From contig CAWBQR010000011.1 in NCBI GenBank assembly GCA_963791005.1, positions 41,182-105,181 on the forward strand: a stretch of 64,000 nt of DNA, given 5' to 3'. Shown here one piece after another: positions 50,442 to 59,014 of this stretch. The notes beneath the pieces were generated by a model. The model was not told where the DNA came from and searched no databases. It saw only the letters and a program-made list of their open reading frames with translations. A program made the translations under genes and the position numbers. Numbering within the stretch: position 1 is the stretch's first letter; the number at the start of each line of letters is the position of its first letter. This DNA is from an uncultured delta proteobacterium. Lineage in GTDB: Bacteria; Desulfobacterota; Desulfuromonadia; Desulfuromonadales; CAWBQR01.

Positions 50442-51449
50442 GTCAGGCCTGAAAGGGTGCAAGTTGTCCAAATGATGCTATCCTTATCCCATGGCACGTA
50501 AACCACGTATCCATTATCCTGGCGCGGTGTACCACGTCATCCTTCGGGGGAATGCTCGTCAGGACATCTTTTTCGACGATGAGGACCGTTGTCGATTTTA
50601 TCTCCTGCTCCAAGAAGGAATTGAGCGCTACGGCCACCGAGCTCTCGCCTTTTCCCTGCTGACAAACCATGTCCATCTCGCAATTCAGGTGGGGTCCATC
50701 CCCCTGTCGCGCATCATGCAGAATCTTTCGTTCCGCTATACGCGCTTGGTAAACAGGAGGCAGGGCAGGAGCGGTCACCTTTTCCAGGGAAGATACCAGG
50801 CCGTTCTCGTGGATGCCGACACGTACTTGCTTGAACTTGCGGCGTACATCCATCTCAATCCAGTACGCGCCGGCATGGCCGACAGGCCGGAGCTCTATCC
50901 GTGGAGCAGCCATCGCGCCTACCTCGGGCATGAGACGATCCCATGGTTGAGCCCGGATTGTGTGCTGACCCACTTCTCTACGAATTTGGAACAAGCCCGT
51001 CGACTGTTTGGCGAATTCGTCGCCGAAAGAATCGAGGAGGGGCGCCGGGAGGAATTTTACGGGAAGGGGAGTCTCGATGGCCGCCTCATCGGCGAGGACC
51101 GGTTCGTGGAGAGAGTCCTTCGGGAGGCGAATTCCCTGCCGGTGCGCAGACCTTCTATCGAAGCGGTGCTGGAGATCGTGACAAGGATGTACAATCTGCG
51201 GGAAGAGGAACTAAGCGCTTCTGGTCAGAAACGACTGCCATCGGAGGCCCGGGGGCTGGCTGCCTGGGCCGTTCGAGAATTGACGGATGCGACGTTGAAC
51301 GATCTGGCTGAAAAATTCGGGCGAGACGCCTCAACCTTGAGCGCCGCGATCAGTCGTTTTGAGGTGCGTCAAAAAGACGATCCGAGCCTCACCGGGAAGG
51401 TTGAACGGTTGAAGAAGGAGCTAAAGGTTACAGCCATTCAGGCCTGACC
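50442..51449 (+). mobile_element. Y1-transposase/DnaA-C element, copy b (full length, 1008 bp)
   Basis: 15-bp termini GGGTCAGGCCTGAAA (inverted), each containing the perfect palindrome TCAGGCCTGA. Confidence 0.8.
50491..51447 (+). CDS. Y1/HUH (IS200-like, RAYT-like) transposase fused to a DnaA-domain-IV-like HTH
   Basis: Contains YHVILRGN, HUH motif TNHVHLAI and GHLFQGRYQAVLVD. The C-terminus ARGLAAWAVRELTDATLNDLAEKFGRDASTLSAAISR resembles Bac_DnaA_C. Confidence 0.8.
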   Translation: MARKPRIHYPGAVYHVILRGNARQDIFFDDEDRCRFYLLLQEGIERYGHRALAFSLLTNHVHLAIQVGSIPLSRIMQNLSFRYTRLVNRRQGRSGHLFQGRYQAVLVDADTYLLELAAYIHLNPVRAGMADRPELYPWSSHRAYLGHETIPWLSPDCVLTHFSTNLEQARRLFGEFVAERIEEGRREEFYGKGSLDGRLIGEDRFVERVLREANSLPVRRPSIEAVLEIVTRMYNLREEELSASGQKRLPSEARGLAAWAVRELTDATLNDLAEKFGRDASTLSAAISRFEVRQKDDPSLTGKVERLKKELKVTAIQA

Positions 51450-51641
51450 CTTTTTCTTTCTTTGTCAAGATCGAGATAAACGACGATATTTTCGACGTTG
51501 TCGAATTCAAGCAGGTAGGGAGAGTTCTATGCATGGGGGCTTTTCAGGAAGTCGGGCGACCCCTCTCTTGTGCTTGCATCGGGGTTCTTTCCCGTGTTAC
51601 ACACCAAGGGACCACTGCCTCCCCAAGCCGGAGATAATGAG

Positions 51642-52061
51642 ATGAAACTCGATATTTCTCCCTTTGAAAAAGCGCTTTCCCAGTTGGAAAAAAGTTTGGG
51701 ATTCCTCCATTCCGAGCTGGCACGCCAGGATGCCGACCTACGGGAGCAGTTCCGTGCGGCGACCATTCAGGCCTTCGAGTACAGTTACGAACTCGGTATC
51801 AAGATGCTTCGCCGGCAATTGGAGCAGATCGCGGCCAATCCGGCGGAAATTCGGGAAATGGTTTTTATGGACATGATCCGCACTGGAGCCGAGGCCGGAT
51901 TGGTGCGGCAGGTTCCTTCATATCGACTTTTTCGGGAGATGAGGAACATGACCCGCCATACGTATGACGAGGCCAGAGCGGAGGAGGTTTTGTCGGCTAT
52001 GGAGGATTTCGTCCGCGAGATGCATTTCCTTCGAGATGAATTGAAGCGCCGCAATGAGTGA
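51642..52061 (+). CDS. HI0074-family nucleotidyltransferase substrate-binding (HEPN-like) protein (pair 4)
   Basis: Contains FEKALSQLEKSL...AFEYSYELGIKMLRR...MRNMTRHTYDE. Confidence 0.75.
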   Translation: MKLDISPFEKALSQLEKSLGFLHSELARQDADLREQFRAATIQAFEYSYELGIKMLRRQLEQIAANPAEIREMVFMDMIRTGAEAGLVRQVPSYRLFREMRNMTRHTYDEARAEEVLSAMEDFVREMHFLRDELKRRNE

Positions 52062-52371
52062 TCTGAAGATTGAACCGGAGGAACTGGAAACGGTCCGGGG
52101 GATTCTTCGTGCTCACGTGCCGGGGTTGGAGGTGTGGGCCTTTGGATCGCGGGTTCACGGAGAAAATCTCAAACCGTACTCAGATCTCGACCTGGCGATT
52201 ATCAACGAGACCCCCCTGGATGCCGAAAAACTGGCCGAGTTGAGAGAGGCTTTCTCCGAATCGGCTCTCCCGTTCAAGGTTGATTTTCTCGATTGGTCAG
52301 TCACCAATGAGCGGTTCAAGCGGCTGATCAGGCAGGATTATCGGATCGTGCAGAAAGAAAAAGGAGGCTGA
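52054..52371 (+). CDS. HI0073-family nucleotidyltransferase (MNT; pair 4)
   Basis: Contains WAFGSRVHGENLKPYSDLDLAI. Overlaps the upstream gene by 8 nt. Confidence 0.8.
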   Translation: MSDLKIEPEELETVRGILRAHVPGLEVWAFGSRVHGENLKPYSDLDLAIINETPLDAEKLAELREAFSESALPFKVDFLDWSVTNERFKRLIRQDYRIVQKEKGG

Positions 52372-52417
52372 GAGGAGATGCTCGAAATGCCTGCCGAAGG
52401 TCAAGCGAAGAATCGAA

Positions 52418-53088
52418 GGGTCGGGCCTGAAAGATTGCAAGTTGTCCGAATGATGCTATCTCCAGTACGCGCCGGCATGGCCGACAGGCCGGAGCTCTAT
52501 CCATGGAGCAGCCATCGTGCCTACCTCGGCCATGAGACGATCCCATGGTTGAGCCCGGATTGTGTGCTGACCCACTTCTCTACGAATTTGGAACAAGCCC
52601 GCCGACTGTTTGGCGAATTCGTCGCCGAAAGAATCGAGGAGGGGCGCCGGGAGGAATTTTACGGGAAGGGGAGTCTCGATGGCCGCCTCATCGGCGAGGA
52701 CCGGTTCGTGGAGAGAGTCCTTCGGGAGGCGAATTCCCTGCCGGTGCGCAGACCTTCTATCGAAGCGGTGCTGGAGATCGTGACAAGGATGTACAATCTG
52801 CGGGAAGAGGAACTAAGCGCTTCCGGTCAGAAACGACTGCCATCGGAGGCCCGGGGGCTGGCTGCCTGGGCCGTTCGAGAATTGACGGATGCGACGTTGA
52901 ACGATCTGGCTGAAAAATTCGGGCGAGACGCCTCAACCTTGAGCGCGGCGATCAGTCGTTTTGAGGTGCGCCAAAAAGACGATCCGAGCCTCACCGGGAA
53001 GGTTGAACGGTTGAAGAAGGAGCTAAAGGTTACAGCCATTCAGGCCTGACCCTTTTTCCTTAAAGGTTACAGCCATTCAGGCCTGACC
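52418..53088 (+). mobile_element. Y1-transposase/DnaA-C element, copy c (5' terminus kept, about 370 bp deleted, 3' end tandemly duplicated)
   Basis: The 5' 45 bp are joined directly to the codon for P124 (PVRAGMADRPELYPW...). The 37-bp 3' terminus is present twice (53025-53059 and 53062-53096). Confidence 0.8.
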
Positions 53089-53217
53089 CTTTTTCCATTG
53101 GATAGCACCTTTCAGACGGCGGAAACGGAAAAGACTTGTCTTTCTGATTTTCTTGACAATGGATTGTCGTTCAACTAATGTTGACTAAGTCTAGCTAAAT
53201 CAAAAGAGGGGTGGATC

Positions 53218-53451
53218 ATGCAAGTCAATATGCACGAGGCCAAAAGTAAACTGTCTGCTCTTGCGGAAAAGGTCTGGCAAGGGGAAACAGTCGTCATTGC
53301 CAAGGCGGGAAAGCCATATCTCGACATCCTGCCGCACAAGGAAGAGCGCATCCCACGCAAGCCGGGTCGTTTTAAAGGCCGTATTCGTATGGCCGGGGAT
53401 TTTGATCGGACGCCCGAGGAGATTGTCGATGCCTTTGAGGGGAAAAGCTGA
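53218..53451 (+). CDS. Phd/YefM-type antitoxin
   Basis: Contains MQVNMHEAKSKLSALAEKVWQGETVVIAKAGKP. 77 aa. Stop overlaps the vapC start. Confidence 0.8.
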   Translation: MQVNMHEAKSKLSALAEKVWQGETVVIAKAGKPYLDILPHKEERIPRKPGRFKGRIRMAGDFDRTPEEIVDAFEGKS

Positions 53452-53837
53452 TGCAGCGATTCCTGCTCGATACCCATACCCTGCTCTGGTGGCTCGGAGA
53501 CGACCCCCAGCTCGGGTCCCGCTGCCGGGACGTCCTTGCCGATCGCCGCAACGAGGTTTTCGTCAGCGCCGCAACGACCTGGGAAATTTCCATTAAAATG
53601 GCCCTCGGTAAACTGGAGGCGCCGGAGGATATGGACTCCATCGTCGAGGATGAGGGATTCAGCAAGCTCCCGATTTCCCTCTATCACGGCCAGTTGGCCG
53701 GAACCCTGCCGTCACTACATCGAGACCCCTTCGATCGCATGTTGATCGCCCAGGCCCAGGCCGAAGGACTGATTCTCGTTACCGCAGACAAGGACATCGC
53801 ACAATACCAGCTCCGCCTCCGGAATCCCCTGGAATAG
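53451..53837 (+). CDS. vapC: PIN-domain toxin VapC
   Basis: Contains FLLDTHTLLWW...SAATTWEISIK...DPFDRMLIAQA...VTADKD. Confidence 0.85.
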   Translation: MQRFLLDTHTLLWWLGDDPQLGSRCRDVLADRRNEVFVSAATTWEISIKMALGKLEAPEDMDSIVEDEGFSKLPISLYHGQLAGTLPSLHRDPFDRMLIAQAQAEGLILVTADKDIAQYQLRLRNPLE

Positions 53838-53858
53838 CCCCTGGAATAGCCCCTGGAA
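53826..53858. repeat. 12-bp tandem repeat CCCCTGGAATAG x2.75 including the vapC stop codon
   Basis: Read directly. Confidence 0.9.
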
Positions 53859-53945
53859 AAAAGGATGCAGTTCTGGGAATCTTCGGCCAACTCCCGGCCG
53901 CGGGTTTACTATTTGCAATTGTAGAGGATTGCTTTTATTGTCGGG

Positions 53946-54198
53946 AAAGATATCCGCTGGATACAGCGATTGGCCAACTATGAATCTGCCCTGTCTCAGT
54001 TGCTCAGAGCCGTCGAACTGGCCGTTGACTGAATTGGAAAAGCAAGGGCTGATCCATGCCTTCGCGTTTACTCACGAACTGGCCTGGAACGTGATGAGAG
54101 ACTACTTTCTCTATCTGGGAATTACCTCAATTACCGGCTCGCGCGATGCCGTTCGGGAATCTTTCCGTCAGGGGCTTGTCGAGGACGGTGAGGGCTGA
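53946..54198 (+). pseudogene. Fragment of an HI0074-family (HEPN-like) gene, frameshifted and C-terminally truncated, with no MNT partner
   Basis: KDIRWIQRLANYESALSQL in one frame, then LTELEKQGLIHAFAFTHELAWNVMRDY...GSRDAVRESFRQGLVEDGE. Confidence 0.65.
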
Positions 54199-54272
54199 AG
54201 GCGTGGAGACAGGTTGTCAAGAATGAAGATCGGATGCCGTATGGTCCCAACCCGCATTAACTCTTCGGTATT

Positions 54273-55364
54273 ATGAACACTTTGTTCCTGAAAAAAATAG
54301 ACAGCCTGGCAGGCTCGATGCTTGCCCGCCTGCTGCCGCGGCCGGCGCAACCGGGGACCGCCTCCCTGGCCGTCTCCCGCCTGCTGCTTATTCGCCCCGG
54401 CGGCATCGGCGACGCCGTACTGCTGGCGCCGGCCATCCGGCAACTCCGCCGGACCTATCCGGAGGCGATTATTCACGTTCTCGCCGAGAGCCGCAACGCG
54501 GCAGTTTTCGGCCTTTGTCCGGAGGTGGATGACGTTTTCCGCTACGACCGGCCCAAGGAGTTGCTGGCGGCCCGTGGCGGCCGTTATGATGCCATCATCG
54601 ACACGGAACAGTGGCACCACCTCTCAGCGATAATAGCCCGGTTCATCCGCTCATCCGTGAAAATCGGGTTTGCGACCAATGGGCGGAAAAAACTCTTCAA
54701 CCATCCCGTGCCCTATGCTCATGAGACTTACGAAGTCGACAGCTTCTTCCATCTGCTGCGGCCCCTTGGCATCGCTCCCTCGGAGGCGAAAGAAATTCCC
54801 TTTCTTCAGGTGACACCTTCTGCCAGCAAAAGGGCAGGGGAGCTGCTGAGAGAGATTTTCGGCAGACCCTTTGCCGCCCTGTTTCCCGGCGCCAGCATCC
54901 CGGAGCGACGATGGGGGGCGGAGAAGTTCCGGGCGGTGGCCGCCGCCCTTTCCGAGAAGGGGATTCCGTCCGTCATTGTAGGCGGGAAGGAAGATGTCGG
55001 CGATGGCGCAGCGATTGCCGAAGGCGGGAAGATTTTGAACCTGGCGGGCCGGACCTCCCTCATCGAGACGACGGCGGTGCTTGAGAAATGCGCCGTACTG
55101 GTAAGCGGGGACTCCGGCATCCTTCATGTCGCGGTCGGCCTCGGCAGGCCGACGGTCTCCCTGTTCGGTCCGGGCATCGCCGCCAAGTGGGCTCCCCGTG
55201 GCCAGGAGCACATCCCCCTCAATAAGAAACTTCCCTGCTCCCCCTGCACCCGCTTCGGAAATACGCCCCCGTGTCCGAGCAATGCCCTCTGCCTTTCGGA
55301 GATTACCGTGGAGGAAGTGCTGAGGGCTGTAAGTAGCCTCTTTTCAAGGTTGAATATTTCATGA
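54273..55364 (+). CDS. Glycosyltransferase family 9 (heptosyltransferase-like)
   Basis: 363 aa. Contains LLIRPGGIGDAVLLAPAIRQLR and SGDSGILHVAVGLGRPTVSLFGP. Confidence 0.85.
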   Translation: MNTLFLKKIDSLAGSMLARLLPRPAQPGTASLAVSRLLLIRPGGIGDAVLLAPAIRQLRRTYPEAIIHVLAESRNAAVFGLCPEVDDVFRYDRPKELLAARGGRYDAIIDTEQWHHLSAIIARFIRSSVKIGFATNGRKKLFNHPVPYAHETYEVDSFFHLLRPLGIAPSEAKEIPFLQVTPSASKRAGELLREIFGRPFAALFPGASIPERRWGAEKFRAVAAALSEKGIPSVIVGGKEDVGDGAAIAEGGKILNLAGRTSLIETTAVLEKCAVLVSGDSGILHVAVGLGRPTVSLFGPGIAAKWAPRGQEHIPLNKKLPCSPCTRFGNTPPCPSNALCLSEITVEEVLRAVSSLFSRLNIS

Positions 55365-56131
55365 ATATTTTGATCCTTCTTTTTTTTTCCTTTCTTCTTG
55401 GCGCAGTTATCGGCTCTTTCCTCAACGTGTGCATCTACCGGATCCCTGCGGGGGAGTCCATCGTCTCTCCCGGGTCCCGGTGCCCCCACTGCGGAACGCC
55501 AATCCTCTGGTACCAGAATATACCGATTTTCAGTTGGCTGGTGCTCGGCGGAAAGTGTGCTTCCTGTAAGGGCTCCATTTCCATTCGGTATCCGATGGTG
55601 GAGGCGCTGACGGGGGGGCTTTTCGCTCTGGTTTTTTACCGCTTCGGCATTCAATGGGCCACGCCGATTTACTGGCTCTTCTGCGCCGCCCTGGTCGCCA
55701 TCACCTTCATCGACCTCGACCATCAGATCATCCCCGACGTCATCAGCCTCCCCGGCATACCGATCGGTTTTCTCTGCTCCTTCGCCCTCCCGTGGATCTC
55801 CTGGACCGATTCCCTCTTCGGCATTCTTCTCGGAGGGGGGAGTCTCTTTGCCGTTGCGGCGGGGTATGAATTGCTGACCAAGAAGGAAGGCATGGGCGGG
55901 GGCGACATCAAGCTGTTGGGCATGATGGGGGCTTTTCTGGGCTGGCAGGCGGTGCTGCCCGTCATTTTTCTCAGCTCCCTCATCGGTTCCCTGGTCGGGG
56001 TTCCACTGATGCTCATCAAGAAGGCCGACGGCAAACTCGCCATTCCCTTCGGTCCCTTTCTCGCTCTGGGGGCGCTCATCTACCTCTTTTGGGGGCCGGA
56101 GCTGATCCGGTGGTATCTGTCGCTTTTCTGA
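55361..56131 (+). CDS. pilD: Prepilin peptidase / N-methyltransferase PilD (A24 family)
   Basis: Contains GSFLNVCIYRIP...CPHCG...CASC and two Asp-box regions (FIDLDHQIIPD; GGGDIKLLGMMG). Confidence 0.9.
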   Translation: MNILILLFFSFLLGAVIGSFLNVCIYRIPAGESIVSPGSRCPHCGTPILWYQNIPIFSWLVLGGKCASCKGSISIRYPMVEALTGGLFALVFYRFGIQWATPIYWLFCAALVAITFIDLDHQIIPDVISLPGIPIGFLCSFALPWISWTDSLFGILLGGGSLFAVAAGYELLTKKEGMGGGDIKLLGMMGAFLGWQAVLPVIFLSSLIGSLVGVPLMLIKKADGKLAIPFGPFLALGALIYLFWGPELIRWYLSLF

Positions 56132-56138
56132 ATCGTTG

Positions 56139-56292
56139 ATGCTTTCGCAAGAAAGCAAAATAGTGGATGGCTAAGCAAAAAGCGCCAAATGCAAGGCGCG
56201 CAATTGTCGAGCAATGAGGCGTACTCAGGTACGTCGAAGCAGCGAGAGCAATTGCAGCAACGCTGCAGCTGGTGAGTTTTTGCGACGCCATC
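56139..56292 (-). repeat. MITE-like repeat, copy B (inverted relative to copy A)
   Basis: The reverse complement aligns end to end with 11423-11575. Confidence 0.8.
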
Positions 56293-56421
56293 AATCGTTT
56301 TCTCCCCGCCGAATACCATATCTTGCGCTTTTCTTTCTCGCTTTCACAACATATGGTGACAAAAATTGTCTTTCTTTGTCAGTACAATGGCTTAGGGAGG
56401 TTTTGACTCCCTATTAATTGC

Positions 56422-56449
56422 TTGACACTATATTTAACTGACCTATAAT
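56422..56449 (+). promoter_or_regulatory. Consensus sigma70-type promoter upstream of the XRE-pilMNOPQ unit
   Basis: TTGACA, 16-nt spacer, TATAAT, in an AT-rich spacer. Confidence 0.5.
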
Positions 56450-56523
56450 TACGTATAATTTTATTTAATTTCCATGGTTGATCGACTACTGGAATCTAAT
56501 GATGAGTTTTTTCGAAAGCTGCA

Positions 56524-56733
56524 ATGATGCCACAAAACCGCGTAAAAGAAATTCGCGAATCCCTCTTGATGAGCAAGGCTGAACTTGCTCGCAAGGCCGG
56601 TGTTTCTCCCTTGACCATTGACCGGATCGAAAAGGGGTCCCCCTGCCGAATGCCGACCATGAGAAAGATTATTCTCGGCCTGGGTCTGGGTCTCGCCGAC
56701 AGGGAGACGGTTTTTCCCGAGACAAGCGGCTAA
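56524..56733 (+). CDS. Small XRE-family HTH protein
   Basis: Contains RESLLMSKAELARKAGVSPLTIDRIEKG. 69 aa. Confidence 0.65.
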   Translation: MMPQNRVKEIRESLLMSKAELARKAGVSPLTIDRIEKGSPCRMPTMRKIILGLGLGLADRETVFPETSG

Positions 56734-56812
56734 ATGGTACGCCCTTTGCTTTCTTCTCAAGCGAGGCGCGGCTCAGGTTTGCAGTCATTTACTTTTTCAT
56801 CAAGGTCCCAAG

Positions 56813-57868
56813 ATGCTGTTCAAGGCCAAAAAGGATATTGTCGGGCTGGATATCGGTTCGAGTTCCGTCAAGCTGGTAAAGCTGCGGGAGGCCAAGGGGA
56901 TTTATCATCTGGAAAGCCTGGGGATTGCTCCCCTGCCGCCCGAGGCCATTGTCGACAATGCCATCATGGACTCCACTTCGGTGGTCGAGGTTATCCGGAG
57001 TCTGGTGGAAAGCCATCAGATCAAGACAAAAAATGTCGCCGCTTCCATTTCCGGTCACTCGGTAATCATTCGGAAGATACTCCTGCCGATTATGACCGAG
57101 GAAGAAATGGAGTCCTCCATCCAGTGGGAAGCCGAACAATACATCCCCTTTGAAATCTCCGAAGTCAATCTCGATTTCCAAATCCTGGGATCCGATGAAA
57201 AGGATCCCTCGCAGATGAGCGTTATTCTGGTTGCGGCCAAAAAGGATTTCGTTGACGATAATGTGGCTGTTCTCAAGGAATGCGGGCTTAACCCGGTGGT
57301 GATGGACATCGACTGTTTCGCCATCGAAAATGCCTTCGAGGCCAACCACGACGGCGGCAACGAGACGATAGCCCTGGTCAATATGGGGGCCAGCGCCACG
57401 AACATCAATATCCTCAGGGAAGGGGTTTCCGTTTTTACCCGGGACATCCAGGTCGGTGGCAATATGTTTGACGATGAGATCCAGAAACGCCTCGGATTGA
57501 GCGGAACCGAAGCGGAAAGGGTCAAACTGGGCGGAGAACACGAAGAGGTGGACCCTCAAAACCTTGAAGAGGTGATCGGTCAGTCCACCGAGGTCCTGGC
57601 CCAGGAGGTGCAACGGTCCCTGGATTTCTTTTCGGCCACATCTGCCGATGAAAAGGTGCAGAGCCTCTTCATCACCGGCGGGGTTTCGAAATCCCCCACA
57701 GTCAAGGCGGCCCTTGAGGATCGCCTGGGGATACCGGTGACTCTTCTGGACCCCTTTCGCCAAATGGTTGTCAGCGAAAAAGAATTCGACCCGGAATACC
57801 TGCAGGAGATGGCGCCTTTCTTTTCCGTAGCCGTGGGTCTCGCTATGAGAAGATTGGGGGATAAATGA
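56813..57868 (+). CDS. pilM: Type IV pilus assembly protein PilM (actin-like ATPase)
   Basis: Contains VGLDIGSSSVKLV and ITGGVSK. 351 aa. Confidence 0.9.
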   Translation: MLFKAKKDIVGLDIGSSSVKLVKLREAKGIYHLESLGIAPLPPEAIVDNAIMDSTSVVEVIRSLVESHQIKTKNVAASISGHSVIIRKILLPIMTEEEMESSIQWEAEQYIPFEISEVNLDFQILGSDEKDPSQMSVILVAAKKDFVDDNVAVLKECGLNPVVMDIDCFAIENAFEANHDGGNETIALVNMGASATNINILREGVSVFTRDIQVGGNMFDDEIQKRLGLSGTEAERVKLGGEHEEVDPQNLEEVIGQSTEVLAQEVQRSLDFFSATSADEKVQSLFITGGVSKSPTVKAALEDRLGIPVTLLDPFRQMVVSEKEFDPEYLQEMAPFFSVAVGLAMRRLGDK

Positions 57869-58425
57869 TCCGCATCAACTTATTGCCCGTCAAGGCCGCC
57901 CAGAAAAAAGAACTCCTGCGGGGGCAGTTGATAATCGTTCTGCTGTCGGTGGTCCTCGTCCTTATCGGATGCGCCGGAGTTTACGCGGATCTCCAATCAA
58001 AGATAAGTTCAGAGAAAAAGAAGGTTGACGGGATTCAGTCCGAGATTGGCCAATTGAGAAGAAAGATCGGGGAAGTGTCCCACTTCAAGAAGCTACAGAA
58101 AGAGCTCCAGGGCAAACTGGATGTTCTGAATAAGCTCAAGGAGGGGAAAAACGGGCCTGTTCATCTATTGGACGAGTTGAGTCAGGCTATCCCCGAAAAG
58201 GTCTGGTTGGACACCTTTAAGGAATCGGGTGGTTCGGTATCGATTTCCGGTCGGGGCCTCAGCGAGGAATCGGTGGCCGAGTTTATGCAGGACCTGGAGG
58301 CCTCCGCCTATTTTCAGGATGTCGAACTGAGGGTGACCGAACGGGCTTCGCAGGGGCCCTTGAAATTGCAGAAATTCCAGATTTCCTGCAAGGTTCAGAG
58401 CCCGCCGAAAAAAACCTCCAATTAA
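57865..58425 (+). CDS. pilN: PilN
   Basis: N-terminus MIRINLLP, a single TM and a coiled coil. ATGA overlap with pilM. Confidence 0.9.
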   Translation: MIRINLLPVKAAQKKELLRGQLIIVLLSVVLVLIGCAGVYADLQSKISSEKKKVDGIQSEIGQLRRKIGEVSHFKKLQKELQGKLDVLNKLKEGKNGPVHLLDELSQAIPEKVWLDTFKESGGSVSISGRGLSEESVAEFMQDLEASAYFQDVELRVTERASQGPLKLQKFQISCKVQSPPKKTSN

Positions 58426-58438
58426 GCAGAGAAACGAT

Positions 58439-59014
58439 ATGAACCCTCGGCTGGAAAAAATTCTGAAACTGCCGCCTTACCAGCGATGCCTGATTCTTGT
58501 CGGGCTGTTGTTGGCAATCGCGGGAGCTTTCGTTTATCTTTTCTACCTTCCCCAGAAGGATGAACTGGGAAAGCTTCGAAAAAAAGAAGCCTCTCTTCAG
58601 GCCAGACTGGGGGAAAGCCAGAGGATTGCGCGAAACCTGCCGAAATTCAAGGCCGAATATGAAAAAATGCAGGGCCGCCTGAATGAAGCCCTCTCCGAAC
58701 TGCCTAATGCCAAGGAAATCCCGACCCTTTTGACCAGCATTTCGTCCCTGGCCAAGGAAAACGGACTCGACATCCTGCGTTTCAAGCCCGATGGCGAGAG
58801 GCCCAGGGGGTTTTATGCTGAAGTGCCGGTGGAGCTCAAACTCACTGGTTCCTACAACCAGGTTGCCCTCTTTTTCCAGTCGGTGGGAAACCTTCCCCGG
58901 ATTGTCAACATTGGAAACCTGTCCTTGGGTAGTCCGAAGCGAGGGGATAACGGCACAACACTGTCCGTCAATTGCCTTGCTACCACCTTCCGGTTCCTGG
59001 AAAAATCTAAATGA
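58439..59014 (+). CDS. pilO: PilO
   Basis: TM plus coiled coil, followed by ...IPTLLTSISSLAKENGL. Confidence 0.85.
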   Translation: MNPRLEKILKLPPYQRCLILVGLLLAIAGAFVYLFYLPQKDELGKLRKKEASLQARLGESQRIARNLPKFKAEYEKMQGRLNEALSELPNAKEIPTLLTSISSLAKENGLDILRFKPDGERPRGFYAEVPVELKLTGSYNQVALFFQSVGNLPRIVNIGNLSLGSPKRGDNGTTLSVNCLATTFRFLEKSK

